A stretch of 64,000 nucleotides of DNA from the human T2T-CHM13v2.0 reference genome, Homo sapiens. The DNA lies in assembly GCF_009914755.1 (NCBI RefSeq), contig NC_060927.1; one strand, given 5' to 3'. The position numbers were made by a program, and so were the translations under genes. Numbering within the stretch: the first letter of the stretch is position 1; every line of letters starts with the position of its first letter. Positions 13,308 to 27,974 of this stretch are shown one piece after another. The notes under the pieces were generated by a model. The model was not told the origin of the DNA, did no database searches, and was given only the letters and a program-made list of their open reading frames with translations.

Positions 13308-16300
13308 CCTTGTTTTATATACCAGAAAACTAAAGATTTGAGGAATGGAATTTGCCAAAAGTTATACATAGCTGCAGATCAGGTCTGCAGACCAGACTGC
13401 CACTATCTCTAAGCTCCTGGTTCATCCCTCACTAGGCTTGTTAATGTTTTCTTTTTAGCATTCATAGTATTCTTTTGTAAGCAATAAACTCACTATCATG
13501 TATGTTCAAATACACATTCAAAATTATTTGTAAAATTTAGTTCAGAAAACTAAATTTCTGGGAAGGAAAAGCAATCAGGTAGCATTGTCACTCTATCTGA
13601 ATTTTGACCTCTGAAATTAAAAGGCATTGTATGGAAACCGCTGAATTGTGCAGTTTTAAGAGTATGGTTTTATGACATCTGTTGAAAGTTAAGTCATGAT
13701 GGACGGTCCTAAATGGTTTTTTAGTACCCACATGAGGTAATTAATCTCTCTGCATCCCTTTTCAGATCCTGTGTTAGGTCCAGCATGTATGAACACAAGG
13801 CTGATCATGTCATAATTCTGTATAGAATTACAATAACAAAATATTTGTTTGCAGTGGATCTCCATTTTGTTCTGTCAAAGAACTAGATGCCCATGACAAA
13901 GGTCAAATGGAGATCTGGCATCCATTTCAATACTTGTAAGACATAGTCTTGAGAATATGTAATACAAATAGCTCCTTGCCAGAAAAACTGAAAGGAAATG
14001 ATTGCATTTGAGTACAATGTATTCTACAACAATAGTTTAGTGTGTATGAAATTTAAAACTGCTGGCTTTCAAAATATTTTTTTTAAGTAGACTTTATTTT
14101 TTTAAAGCTTTATACCCACTGTGTATTGCTTTGTAGGATACCCTTAAAAGCTGAGATTTAAGACCAAAGAAACTGAAAATCTTAATGGCACGATATTGAA
14201 TTCTCTAGTAAAATACTTTAGTTTAATGTGTTTATTGATTTCTCCTGAATGTTCTGTCTTCATGAGCATTAATGTTATTACATTAGTTTACCATAGTGGT
14301 GCCTTTTTTTCTACCCGTCATGAACTCATAATGCCTTAGAAGAATCAGTATCAGGTCTTAAAGCCTGCAGTGGTGTCTTTGTTTTACACAATGAACAAAT
14401 ATTCAGGATTGTATAGGTGAGGACCACATCTACCTTGTTCGCCCAGTATCTAGTATGGGACCTGGCTTGCAGTAGACATATATATTTAATCAATTATTGT
14501 TTTTGTTTTGTTTTGTTTCAGTTAATGAATGGCAAGTAGCACTAGCTCCAAACTAATGAGTTTAACCTAAAAATTAGATAAATTAACTCATTCATGTATG
14601 TATTTCAAGGAGGTTTCCAAATCCTCTAGAAAGAAAATTTGATGTTTTTGAGAGAAGCCTTTAAAAGTGGTCTGATTTACTCAGTTAACAGTAGGGTCAA
14701 ATATGGCTCAAGCAGTGTTTTAGTCACCTTGTCTGATGCAGTCTGGAAAAATAGGCCTGTCATAATAGAAAAGGATTGATGGTGAAAATACTTGTTTATA
14801 AAGTTGTTTCAGCCAAAGGGAGAGGTGGAAGTGCTTTGTTCTTCATTGAAACTTAACAGCAAAGAACTTCCCAGGGTGTGGTCAAGGCAACAACACTTGA
14901 AGCTGGACACCTGGTGACTTTCCTCCAAAGGGCCCTAAGGCCTCTGCACCACTGTTCTATCTAGTCAAACTTGGACAGAAAAGGAACAAGAGATTAATTC
15001 TACCTTGACTCCTTTCTTTGTGGTGTTTGAGAAGCTACCATTTGAACTTCTGATTTACAAAACTGAACTATCAGTGCTAACCTACTAGGCCAAGATTTTA
15101 TGAAAAGTAATTTAAGGCTTTAACACAATCCATGGTTGAAGCCACAGTTTTATACAGAGCTGCCATAACAATATTTCTTTCCTGCTTTAGTTGTTGTTTC
15201 AAGACCAGAAATGCAGTAACATATATGGATAGCATACATAGTTTGTTTTAGAATTCTAAGAAAGAATGCATGGTTTCAAAAAAAAGCAACTCTTTTTTTT
15301 CTTCAGAGCCTTTTGCCCCATTGAAACTGAAAAAGAAAAAAAAATATGCAAGCTTTTTTGAAAGTACAGACAAAATTGGCATTTCACTTATGGGAAAATT
15401 TTGCAAAATTACATTGACTAAAAGTACTGTGAAGCCACACAGAAAGGCCAAAAATTATTGGCATTGCTTTTGTGTAAAAAACCTTTTACATAGACTCCAC
15501 CTGTAATTCAGCCAAGTACATAATTCAGGTCATTGGTGACACACGTATCCACATGTTGGAGCTGGTCAGTGAACGTTGTCATGAAACATGGATAGAATAT
15601 TACCATATGGACAGACCAAACCGCACAGATTACAGCTAAGGAAACTTTGCATTAACATGCCTGGGAACAGGCTTTCCTGAGCTGATCCCTGCCCCCACCC
15701 ACCCTCAGTGGGAAAGCCAATTGCTTACTGATTACGACAGCGACATCACTTGGCAAACATTTTGGCCTGAGCTCAATGTGTGACATCAGTCTCCTTTAGG
15801 GTTTTCCACATAAAACAAATTCTCCAAAGAAAACACAGAAATTGAGCCTTAATTTGAAATCCATTATTACATCCTCTGAGGTCTCATTAACTACCTCAAT
15901 CACGTAGTTCTTAATTTTTGTTTTATTTCCAGGTAGATACAAACCAACACTTAGAATGTGAGCAGTAAACCTTTACCGTGTTTATTTCAGAGTTTCAACC
16001 AGATACCCCTTTGTATCTATTTTCAACCAACCTCCCTTTTACTGGGGTTATGATATCTTTGTTTCACTGCTGGGAGGGTTGCTAGTTTGGGAGTGGTTTA
16101 CAACACTTTGTTTGAGGAAGGAAGTAAACATTGTTCTTTGACCCTTCAGGATAAGTTAGTCTCACTTTTGTGGGAGGCAGCTGTGTCCTTGAGAGAAAGC
16201 ACTCAGTGAAGTTGGAAGGACTCAGTCATGGTGTGTTTTGCCATGTCACTTGAAAGCAAGGCACACTACGGGTATTTCACACTCTTGTGTGTAAGCACCT

Positions 16301-17849
16301 CCTCTGAGCGTTTATTTACCTGAAGTCATTAGTTTCCCCCACTTCCTGTTTCGTTAGATGGTATTCATTTAATACTACTTTGATGCACATGGCCTTAAAG
16401 CAGATAGAAGTCAGTTATGCCTCATGAGGCCTGCAGTCTCCCAGCAGAAGGCAGGAAAGCATGAAGGGTGGACGTGAATGGGCCCACACTACCAAGATAC
16501 TGGAATTGTGATGTTCAGGCAAAGCAAGGGAAGTCACATATGCATCAAGGGAGTTGAGAATAGGTTTAATATTGTCACATTCAAAGAATTCCATCTGGAA
16601 GGTGTTCCTTGGCATATAGAAATAGATGAATATTCTCATATCTTCTGGAATGGCTAAACAGAGTGATAGACACTTTTTCCTACTTCTTGTTAATGGCATG
16701 TTCACTTTAATTATTCTTCAAGGTAAAGAATCCTATAAAGGAAACTTTATATCCTATAAAGCTAAAAGTAATCTCTTAAGTTCTTTCTCTTAAATTCATT
16801 TTATATATTTCAAAATACTATTCTTCATATATTGATTTAGTAGTATACACTTTACATTTTTCCCACAATTTTTCTTTTCCTCCAGCCCATGGCCTTTATC
16901 CCCACTGATCTTTTGTTCCCATTTCTCAGTGTTGTTCCTTCTTGCTCTCTTGGTTTAAATAATCTTTGCCATCTGCCTCCCAACATTCCAGTATAACTTC
17001 AGGATAGCCCTCTCCAGCCTTCCTCCAGAAGATAGTAGAGATACACAGTGAATATCAGAACTCTCCTCCAATAGCCCTTCACATTCCCACCATAAATCTG
17101 TATCATCTTGCCTTTTCATTAATGTGGTAAGCCCCCTGGGCAGGGACAGTCTGTACCTCTTTGTATTATGCCAGGCAACACTCTGACCGTGATCAGTAAA
17201 TGTTCATAATAATGAAAGATGAAAGAAAGTGTCTGTGTTCAGCAAGTTAGTGCCAAATAAGTATGGAGGCCAAATGAGGCCACTAGTGCCAAACCACAGG
17301 GGTTCAAAATAATGTTTAATATAACATTGTCTCATTGAATAACAAATCTTATATTGTAATGTCTGAGTCAAATGTTTCTTTGGTGCCAGATTTCTTGTGC
17401 TCCTTTAATCTGTCCCTGTAGATATTTCAGAGTTCATGAGGAGCAAGTTAGTAGGACCTTTCCCCTGCCCCCTCTCTGCCGTGTAGTGAAAAATAAACCT
17501 CCTGGAAAAAATAGAGTGAATATAAGTGCCATGGATTCTCTGGCACTCCGAAAAAATGCCTACCATAAAGTATATGGAAAATAAATGAAAGTTTGCTATT
17601 AGCCTAGATATTGAGGTAACTAACTTAAGTTACCTAGCTGAAGTATGAATTGGAAGTAGTTGAATAAGCCATTTGAGATTGGTTACTTTCCATCTTTTCA
17701 GTATCAATAGAGAGGGTTAATTGTCCTTTCAGTTTCATATGGATGCTTATACTGTCTACAGTGGTTCAGAATAGAGGGTCAAAGTAGAACAAAATAATCT
17801 ACCCTACATATGGTTAGAAAATATTTACCAACCAAACTCTCCTTTTTTG

Positions 17850-19225
17850 CAGCCACGCTTCTCAAAATGCTAGTTCACATTTTAAGCTTCTACATTCTTA
17901 TTTCTTATTTTGTTTTTTAAAGCATTGCAATTTGGCTTCTGCCCTTACCACTTTATTGAAATGGCTCATTAAGTTCCTCAGTATTTTCTTCATTGCCAAA
18001 TCCTGGGACATTTCATTCTTTTCTGCATTATTTGGTGCTATTTGACTGTTCACTCTCTTTTTAAAGTCTTTGCTCACTTCATTTCATTGCCTTCTTTGTC
18101 TTCTGGTTCTTCTAAGCTTCCACCATTTTTTTTTTTAGCTTCCATTTTCAACCCCCTTTTTCTTCCAGAAAACTGCCAAGCCTTGATGTATTCTAGGGTT
18201 CCCTTTCAACATTCTCTCTTCTCACCACACCAACACCCACAGTTTCAGCTATCACCTGCTGCAGGTCCATATCACCAGCCCATCCTTCTACAGACCTATA
18301 TTTCTGACCATGGGTTGACTTTATACATATTATTCTTTACACCAGATACTGTAATATACCAAGGTACCTCATACTCAACATGTCTAAACCAGGACTCATC
18401 TCCTACCTACTCACCAAGTAGAAACCATCCTGCCTGATCAAAATCCTACAACACAGAAAACTGTGCCCCATTCCCATATTTCATATGTTCCTGAATAGCC
18501 AGGAGTGCTTCTCAGTAACTCCTTGTTTTCCTTGCTCTTCTTTCCAGTCTAACCAGTCACTAATTCATATTGACTAAACATCATAAGTAGTTCATGCGCA
18601 CACCCCCCTCCCAACCTCATGGCTGTTGGAACACATCCCCTCATCTTTCTCATCTGGATATTTGCCTCCTATGTGAGTTTCCTGCGCCCAGTCTAAAGCT
18701 CCTCCAGTTGTTCCTCCATGTTCCCTTAATCGTTCTTTAGGAAAGCATAACTGATCATCTTATTTTCCCTTTCACAATTTTCCATTTGCTCCTTCAGGCC
18801 AACAGTATAAAGTCCAGCTGCTCAAGGCAAGCCTTTCCTTTTCTCATCCTACAATCATGCCCTATGCTGTAGCCATGTGAAAAGCTTGAGTTCCCTCAAA
18901 ATGCAGGTTCTTTTCTCACTTCTATACTAACACACTTATTTCACCCCTTGCCATGAATATGGTTTTCATTCTTGTTTGCCTAGGGACTAGACCCCTGTTG
19001 CCTGGTCTTTGCAGCCTTCACAGGGCACTCCCTTCAAGAGTTAGGGGCCTAACATTTATGGTTCCACAGTCCTTATCACACATCTGGTTATCCATACATT
19101 GTACTGATAATGTCTTCAAACATATCCTTTTCCTCACCCTGGACTATGAGATCTTTGAGAACAGAGACTGTGTCATATTTATCTTTGTATCCCTGAGACC
19201 TGGTACAGTGGCCAGCTCATAGATT
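17850..19225 (+). mobile_element. Long L2 fragment ending ~40 nt from the exon 4 donor
   Basis: ggcttctgcccttaccac...cattgccaaatcc...; actcaacatgtctaaacc; terminal gactatgagatctttgagaacagagactgtgtc...tttgtatccc...cctggtacagtg. Confidence 0.75.
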
Positions 19226-19261
19226 GCAGAATGGGACATTGTTTGCCCAAAGCAGCCTTAC

Positions 19262-19932
<671 letters not shown>

Positions 19933-20369
19933 TAGTCTCTTTATTGCCATCAAATTTTTCTTGACAGAATAATCTGTGTCCCTGTGGGTATCAACTGTTT
20001 CCACATAACCTCTTTCTGACACTCTTATGTCTCTCTCCTGAGAAGCTACATTAAAGAAATGACAGGAAGTAAGAGAATCCTTGCACGGTGCTGGATTCGC
20101 AGCTGCCCTAGCTGATCTCTTCTGCCCCAGCCCACCCTATAGTTCTCTGTACCAGTATATGCCTCTTGGATCGCTCTACCAGGACATGCTATGATTTTCA
20201 TTTTATTATACATCAAGGTATTTCCATTAAAATAGATCTATGAATAGATAATCTATTATGTGTTGGTGTATAGTGTGAATGTCACCAAATGTAAGTACTA
20301 AGTCCATTCAGATTTTCACAGCACTATACTTACATCTTTTTTACAAAATGATCAACCTGTGGCTGATAC

Positions 20370-20500
20370 ATGTGTTTGTCTCCCCTGCTAGACTGTGAAC
20401 TCCCTGAAAGCTGGGCCTACATCCTTCTTTTTTTATTTTATTTTTAATCCTTGGCATCTAACAGAGTGCCTTGCTTATAAGAGGTGCCCAGTTTACAGAC
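20370..20500 (+). mobile_element. L2 3' end
   Basis: gtctcccctgctagactgtgaactccctgaaagc...catctaacagagtgcctt. Confidence 0.65.
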
Positions 20501-20533
20501 TGGAAACAAAACAAGCAAGCAAGGAAACTGAGA

Positions 20534-20970
20534 TTTTTTTTGTTTTGTTTTGTTTGGTCACACATCTGCCTTTATTGTGAGCAGCATGTGGGACACTTCC
20601 AGCAGTAGTTTAAAAAAAATTTTTGATTAACAAAAGTAGGGATTCAGAGAAGCTGTCCAGCTGGTACCCTTAGGGGCTTATACGTGGATGCTAAGCCACA
20701 GCAGCAGGACAGGACTCCATAGCCTAGGAAGAGTGAGAGCACCAAGGACATGAGGAGCTCTTGGCAGATATCCCAAGTGCACTTGGTGGAAGTGGAGGTG
20801 ACCTCATAAAGGAAGAACCAGGCAGTAAAGAACATGCCAGTGGCCAAAAGCATCACAGTCAGATGGAGTTAGACAGCCAAGCTCACTGGGCTGGTTTATC
20901 AGCTCCTGGCCTTGAGCTCCATTTTGCCCAGCACGGGGTAAGCTGCCACCAGAAAAACATGTTGGCAAGA
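20534..20970 (-). pseudogene. Processed pseudogene of TMEM258 (oligosaccharyltransferase subunit)
   Basis: From ATG 20922 the minus strand reads [68 protein letters not shown], versus recalled TMEM258 [69 protein letters not shown]. Intronless, with 3 premature stops, a 6-nt duplication and a late frameshift. Has a 3'UTR, AATAAA (20576-20571) and a decayed A-tail (20555-20534). Confidence 0.93.
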
Positions 20971-22329
20971 GCTAACTCGGGATCTTTTGCTAGTGATAAA
21001 TTAATATCTATTAAGAACTTGGTTTTGAAAACACCCGACTTTCTAGATTAGATACAGATGCAGTAAGTGATAATGTTGATTGATTTTTACAGTTTGCCTT
21101 TGTCATAAAAGATTTAGAATGTGTGACTCATTGTGAATTTAAAGCCAATTTAAGTTGTGTATCCTAAAAAGCATGTACTTGACTAGAAATGTACTTGACT
21201 AGAAATCTGGGCACAAAATGACCAAGTCATTTCAGAAAAAGAGTACAACTGAGGTGTCCCAGCATATAGAACCCAGTAAATTCTCTCTGACTTCTAAATG
21301 CTTAAATTCACAAAATACTTCATTATGCCATACAATTGTTGATGATTTTTAATGTAGCCAGTCCTTTTGTGAAAGCTGAAACTGCTATGTTGTATTGCCT
21401 GCTGGCAGAGGCATCTTCTGAGGAGGCTCTAGTGTTGATTGTCATGGAAGTGTGTTTCAAACCACTGCAGCCCTCTGAAAATTTTATCTTCAGTTGCCCA
21501 AACATTAGAGTCCATTGTAAGGAAAATTCAAATCAACTCCTTTTGCAATTTGAGAGTGAAATAGTGATAGGATCAGCTTTACTTTAGGGAAGTTATTAGT
21601 TGACTTAGAAAATACATTCAATTTAATTTGTCACAAGATTGACATTAGAATTAATGTATGAATAATTATAGTAGGTATTCAGTAAAGCATAAATGAATTA
21701 CTAAAAGAGGCTTTTCTAAATCCAAAAACAGTATTTCCTTGGAGAGCTTGTTGTAATTGTCAAGATATGTATATTAAATTTTATACAAACCAAAGAGAGA
21801 AAATAGAAGGTTTATTTAATCCACTCTTGCTTTCCATTGTTTTTTTCCCTTTATATGTTCGTGGTTGTTTGAAGGGAATGGAAAGAAGGCTAGAAGGAAT
21901 CCGTGCCCTTCATTTATTCCATGACCCCCTAAGTGGTCTCCCTTCCTCTAGCCTTACCTCCTTGCAGTCTGTCCTCATCACTGACAGCATGATTTTTCAC
22001 CACTGGGACTCCACTCTCCTGTTCGGGGCCAAAAGGCCCTTCACCATCTGAACCTCCTGCCACCTTGGCCCCATCTTCACTCCATATCTTCCCACCGATC
22101 CTACCCAACTTTCAGCCACACTGGACTTCAGGCAGTTCTTACAATTCACCATGGTGCTTCAAGACTGCTTTTTTCAATGCCAAGACCTGGAAATCTTTTT
22201 TCCTCTTTCACCAAAACTTTCCCTATACATGAGCTTTTCAATACATATTAACTAACTAAATGAATAAAATTAAATTTAAAAGCTTAATTATACCATTGCT
22301 TAAGGTAAGTATTTTAAGATTTGCCCTAG

Positions 22330-22743
<414 letters not shown>

Positions 22744-24541
22744 TAGGCTATTAATTTTTTTTTAAAATTAAGTTCTGATATAGAACCCTAGGCTGGAAAG
22801 GAATAGGAGGTCAAAACTCTTGTGGACTGAGTCCTTGCCTCTTCCCGCCCTCTTGACCACACCTCTGCTCCTAGCCCCAGCCCCAAGCATGTTCCAGCTC
22901 ACAGGCTTCCACCAGTTTTTCATCTTAAGTCAGTGTTCCTGTCGTGTCATGTAACCGAGAGCTGTTTGTTCTTCTAAGTTATTTTGCCTTAAGAATTAGA
23001 TAAATCACCTCTAGTTTACCCTAGACATGATTGAGATTTTTTAGGTTTTTCAAAAAGAACATTATGAAGAAAATAAAAGGGAGAAGGGGCTGTTAACACT
23101 TCAAGATGGGGGAATGCAAAAGAAGAATAACTTTAGCATTCAAGATGCTTATTCTCATGTAATTAGGATACAGTCACAGCTGGTCTCAGCAGGAGCACTG
23201 CCCTCCCTTTATTTTCTTCAGCCCTGTGTAGGAAAATCCTAGGCAGAATTCCCCTTCACTGTTTATTTTCGGGGCATTCCCCTCTCACCTAGTACTTCCT
23301 AGACCGAGGAAAAGGATAGACAACTGGGTTGTGTACGTGGAGTTATTTTGGCTTCGAGGAATTGCATAAACTGATATCTGAGGACAGAGAAATCCATAAG
23401 GGGGAAGTAGAGGAAAGAGAGGAAAATTGGCAGATCATGGAGGTGGGAATGTGAGAGGTGTATGTATATAGGGGTATCTGTTGGAGGAGTAATCAAAAAA
23501 GGCTGGACTTGTAAAGTAGGGCCAGATTATGGGTAACTTTCAGGGGCACCTTACAGAGTTAAGACTGCAAGCATTTGTAGAAGGGGGGTATTTCCAATTT
23601 TGCATGTGCACAATAGAATTATTTTGTAATTAAATTTTTTCCCACCGATTTCAACATAAGTTTGGAATCATCCTGTTCCATTTCACACTGAAGTGTTGAG
23701 AGGTTATGCCATTTGTAGAGTTTTGTTAGGGTTATGTTCAGAGATCATTAATTTGCATTTGAGCTCACAGGGGTTGGGGAATTTGTGCCTGACACTGTTT
23801 CATAGTTAATATGTTGGGAGCCAGGATACAGTTTTAACAGTATTCACTTGAATGCAGCTCTGGTTCCTTTTGTTTAAAATTTGGATTAAAGTGCAAATCA
23901 ACAGACTTTGGGTGGTCTCATCCTCACCCCGTAGAGAAGCAGATACATATGACCAAACTCCTTCACTATTTGGCAAGACAGTAGTCTCTTCTCTCATGAG
24001 ATACTAAAGACGAGAATAGCAAGGACATTAGAGGTCAGTCCTGAGGTAGGTTGCCAGAGTTTATTTGAGGGAAATTTGTCTGAAACTTGCTTTCACTCTC
24101 CAGCCTCAACTCATGTTCCTAGTTGTTTCTTTTCTATAAAAATGAAAAATTATGAAATTTTCCATGAAGGTCTCAGAGGAAAATTAAAGAATAAAATAAG
24201 AATTCCAAAGGGTTTCAGAAATGTCAGCAAGTAAAAGAGCAAGCAGTACTGCCTTCTCCCTAGTGGTGGCCCTGTTGGGACTGCCCACCTTTGCCGTTGT
24301 AATTGCTAGGTACGCTTGGTGAGGGAAAGGTCTTTGCTGTCATTAAACTTTGAAGGAAAAAGAAGGTATGCACTCATCTAAAATATATGTTTTTAAAAAC
24401 TCTATTTCTTGGACAGTTCTTTAGATTATTTCCATTCATGTTCAAAATTTCTATGACATAATACCTCAGTGTTTTCCAAAAATTAACCTCTATGGTTGAA
24501 CTTTATGTTTTTTATTACAGCCTGGGTACCCTGCAAGTTCC

Positions 24542-24545
<4 letters not shown>

Positions 24546-24573
<28 letters not shown>

Positions 24574-24633
24574 AAGCACATGTATGTGTGTGCATGTGTG
24601 TGTTTGTGTGTGTATGTGCCTGCACATGCACGT
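24546..24633 (+). repeat. (GT)14 followed by a degenerate alternating purine-pyrimidine tract
   Basis: Perfect run 24546-24573, then tgtatgtgtgtgcatgtgtg... Confidence 0.93.
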
Positions 24634-24887
24634 GAGAGTGGGGAGCATTCTCTGGCATTTGGTAGATTTTGGTTGATTCAAGCAACAAACCTAGTGGACG
24701 CATCCTGTCTATGGTTCATTCTTTTTAACTTTCCTATTGAACTTGTCGTATTTATCTGTTTTGTGTAGGCTTTAAGTGCGTTAGAAAGTAAAACTGTAAG
24801 GAATCAAAGAGGAGTTACAGATCATGCTCATCTGCAGGGCTAGTGCTTGGCTGCCTCCCAGGTACACACCCCTATTGTGGTACATAC

Positions 24888-25061
24888 CTCATTCATTGGT
24901 TTCTCATAGATGTCCTCCTGCCAAGGGGTAGATTTCGCTTGAAAAGCATCTCTCTGGAGAGCCTCTAACACCTTTTTTGGAGTGACAAACCCATACTGAG
25001 CTTCCAGCAAAGCCAGGTCCATTTTTTCAGCCTTTAAAATGCCTATGACCTCATCTCGAGC
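24888..25061 (-). CDS. FILIP1L: FILIP1L exon 3, codons 85-142 (CortBP2-type domain)
   Basis: Translates [58 protein letters not shown]. Acceptor tttttgttcctacag| and donor GAG|gtatgt. 174 nt, phase 0-0, in frame with exon 2. Confidence 0.97.
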
Positions 25062-25800
25062 CTGTAGGAACAAAAAGTATTTCAGAAAGCCTGCTGTCTC
25101 TACCAGCAGTCTCAGCAAGTGATTTTTGTGATAGTTGGCAGTGCTTTTTCTTCTCTTTCAAATCTAAATGAATCATATTTCATTTTCACACTTTTATAAA
25201 AGGTAACAAAACTATATCCCTTCATCCTTCTTGTAGTCTAATTACACAATTAATGTTTTAAAAAGTGATTACTATACAACATTGGAGGACTACTTTTTTT
25301 ATTATGTTTGACAAGCAGATATCATGATATCCATCAATGTACTAGCATTTGGATTTTCAGGGGGTAGGAAATAAAATTCTCCTATATGTGTACCAGCTGT
25401 TTTTAGATTTTCATGTAGGTTAATAATGCCAGGGCTAGTCTAGGAGCCAGTTCACTTGGGGTACAAAAGCACCTATTGTTGTTTAAACCAATCCCGAAGT
25501 CATCTGGCATTATTGCTACTGATGCATGCATGTGCACTGAAGCTCCTGAGCAGCATGGGCAGAGGATGTGACCTTTCACGACCTGTATGCCAATCACATG
25601 TCATCATGACAGCCCCTTTAGATGGGATTAATTGCACTTTGAGTTGGCAGAGGAGAATTCTTTGTATATATACTTATGCTTTGCTTTCATGTACACACAT
25701 GTATGAACCACAGATATCTATTTCTGTGGCAGCAGGAACACCAAATTCACAAGCAGCCTTCTGTTTGAAGCATGATGGGGATAACTCCAACCCAGCTGAC

Positions 25801-26052
25801 CTGCAGTTCTCCCTCCAGAATGCTGAGGAGAAATAACAGGTCATCTCTTGAGAGGTCTTCTGCTTGGTGGCCATTACCACTGTGTGGCTTCTCTGCCTTG
25901 GGACACGGAAGTATTACATCCGACTCACTGGGGGAGTCTTTGTCTTGCTGTCTATGCTTCATGTTTTTAGGCCCTTGGAAACTGTGGCCTTTAGTATGTC
26001 TTGGAAATTTCTTTTGGGCTGAGCCCTCGGTATCACTGCCTCTGGAACGCAT
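25801..26052 (-). CDS. FILIP1L: FILIP1L first coding exon (exon 2; whole exon 26062-25801 including 10 nt of 5'UTR), codons 1-84
   Basis: Translates [22 protein letters not shown]...[19 protein letters not shown], matching recalled human FILIP1L. Acceptor ttcttccctccttccag|GCTTTAAAGAATG and donor CTGCAG|gtcagc. An in-frame TAA lies two codons upstream of the ATG. 252 coding nt, phase 0. Confidence 0.97.
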
Positions 26053-27039
26053 TCTTTAAAGCCTGGAAGGAGGGAAGAAAATTTGTAAAGCTTAATGGAA
26101 ATGGAGTTTTAATAAGAGTACCTATTACTGCTTTAACAAGTCTACATTCTTGTTATATTTACCACAGCCCCAAAGTCAATCTTTTTGATGTCTACAGCAG
26201 AGAAGGATATTAGCAGATTCATAAATCACAGTCTTATTTGCACTTCTGCTTTTAAAGCAAACATTTAAAAAAAGGTGTTCTGTCTTGATTAAGGCCACTT
26301 ATGTCCATGGGTAAACAGGCTGTGTTTGAACTTCATCCCCCAAGCATTCCACCTCAGGAACCCAGGTCAGACCTCCAACCATGACCCTAAGTGCTTGCTT
26401 AAGACGTACTTAACATAATTATAATATTGTAAAATGGTGACTTTGCTAATTCTTCTAACTTTCTTCAGATTTACTTTATAGTATTTCCTTTAAAATTGTT
26501 GGGAGCTTTTATGGGGTTTTTTGTTTTGTTTTTAAAATTTGTTAGCCTTTAAAAGTGCATTAGGACAGAAATGGCAGAGTTACTGCTACAGAATTACTGC
26601 ATTATTTTGTTTTGAAGGCCAAGTCTAGTATTAAAGGAATGAAGGCTTGGTCCCTGGCTGTATTCCTGTATTCCTGACATTCTTCTAAAATTCTAGATCT
26701 ATCCTTGGGTAAGTCAAGGGCTTATATTTAGGACCCTCATCTTCAAAGCGGAGATACTACTACCTAACGTAGTTGGCCATTCTGGAAACAATATAAAATA
26801 AATTAATGTTTAAAGGACACATTAGCTCCACATCTGATTATATAATCATCCAAATGAATTTATAATAGGAAGAAAAATTCTTCCACTGTTGAGGTTTATA
26901 ACTAGGAGAGAAAATATCAGTTGAACTTATAATTGACTCTATGGCATATAAGCAGATTATTAATTTTACTCTTTGTCCCTACAAATCATGAAACTTTCAT
27001 CATCGCCAGTACCTTACTTTTAGTTTGTAGTATTTCTTT

Positions 27040-27570
27040 AAAAATCTGAAAAACTCAAGTGTCCAGAAAAGTATAGAAACCATAACAAACTGCTATATGC
27101 TACCACACAAATTTATAAAATTTTAATAATTTACTGTATATTAGAAAACAGTTTTTAAGTACTGTATTATAGATGTATTATAATGTATGTATCTCTTCTG
27201 AAACCCCTTCTCCTCCCTTCCCACTCCAGAAGTAACCACGTAATCTTGAATTTGGTATTTATCATTCCCCTGTATGTTTCATACTTTTTAAAAACATGTA
27301 CATATATATTGCTGAACAATGTATAGTATTACATTTTCAAACCTTATGTAAATACCATATTGAATGTATCTTTCTAAAACTTGCTTTTTCATCCTAGATT
27401 ATATTTTTGAGATTCTTCCTTGTTCTATTTTACTGTAGTTTATGTATTTTGATTGCTGTAAGAATATTTCATTATATAGTCCATCATTTACTTGTTCATT
27501 TTACTGTTTTTGAATATTTTTTTTTCAGTATTCAAAAAAATGCTACTTCAAACATTCTTGCACATTTTTT
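27040..27570 (-). mobile_element. Old L1ME-like fragment
   Basis: ccagaagtaaccac...ttgaatttgg...aacttgctttttcat...ttttgagattcttcc...aacattcttgcacat. Confidence 0.6.
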
Positions 27571-27608
27571 TCCCTTGTGTTAGGTGATAAGAATTCTGTC
27601 ACAAATCA

Positions 27609-27931
<323 letters not shown>

Positions 27932-27974
27932 GGACATTCACCCTCTTCAGGTCCAATGACCTGATCTGGAAGTG

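Noticed and set aside
21323-21587. Overlapping 60-aa and 83-aa ORFs in unique intron 3 sequence
   Set aside because: No recognisable homology and no convincing splice-site pair; length is expected by chance.
25747-25800. Extension of the exon 2 ORF ([17 protein letters not shown])
   Set aside because: Read-through past the GT donor; homology resumes in frame in exon 3.
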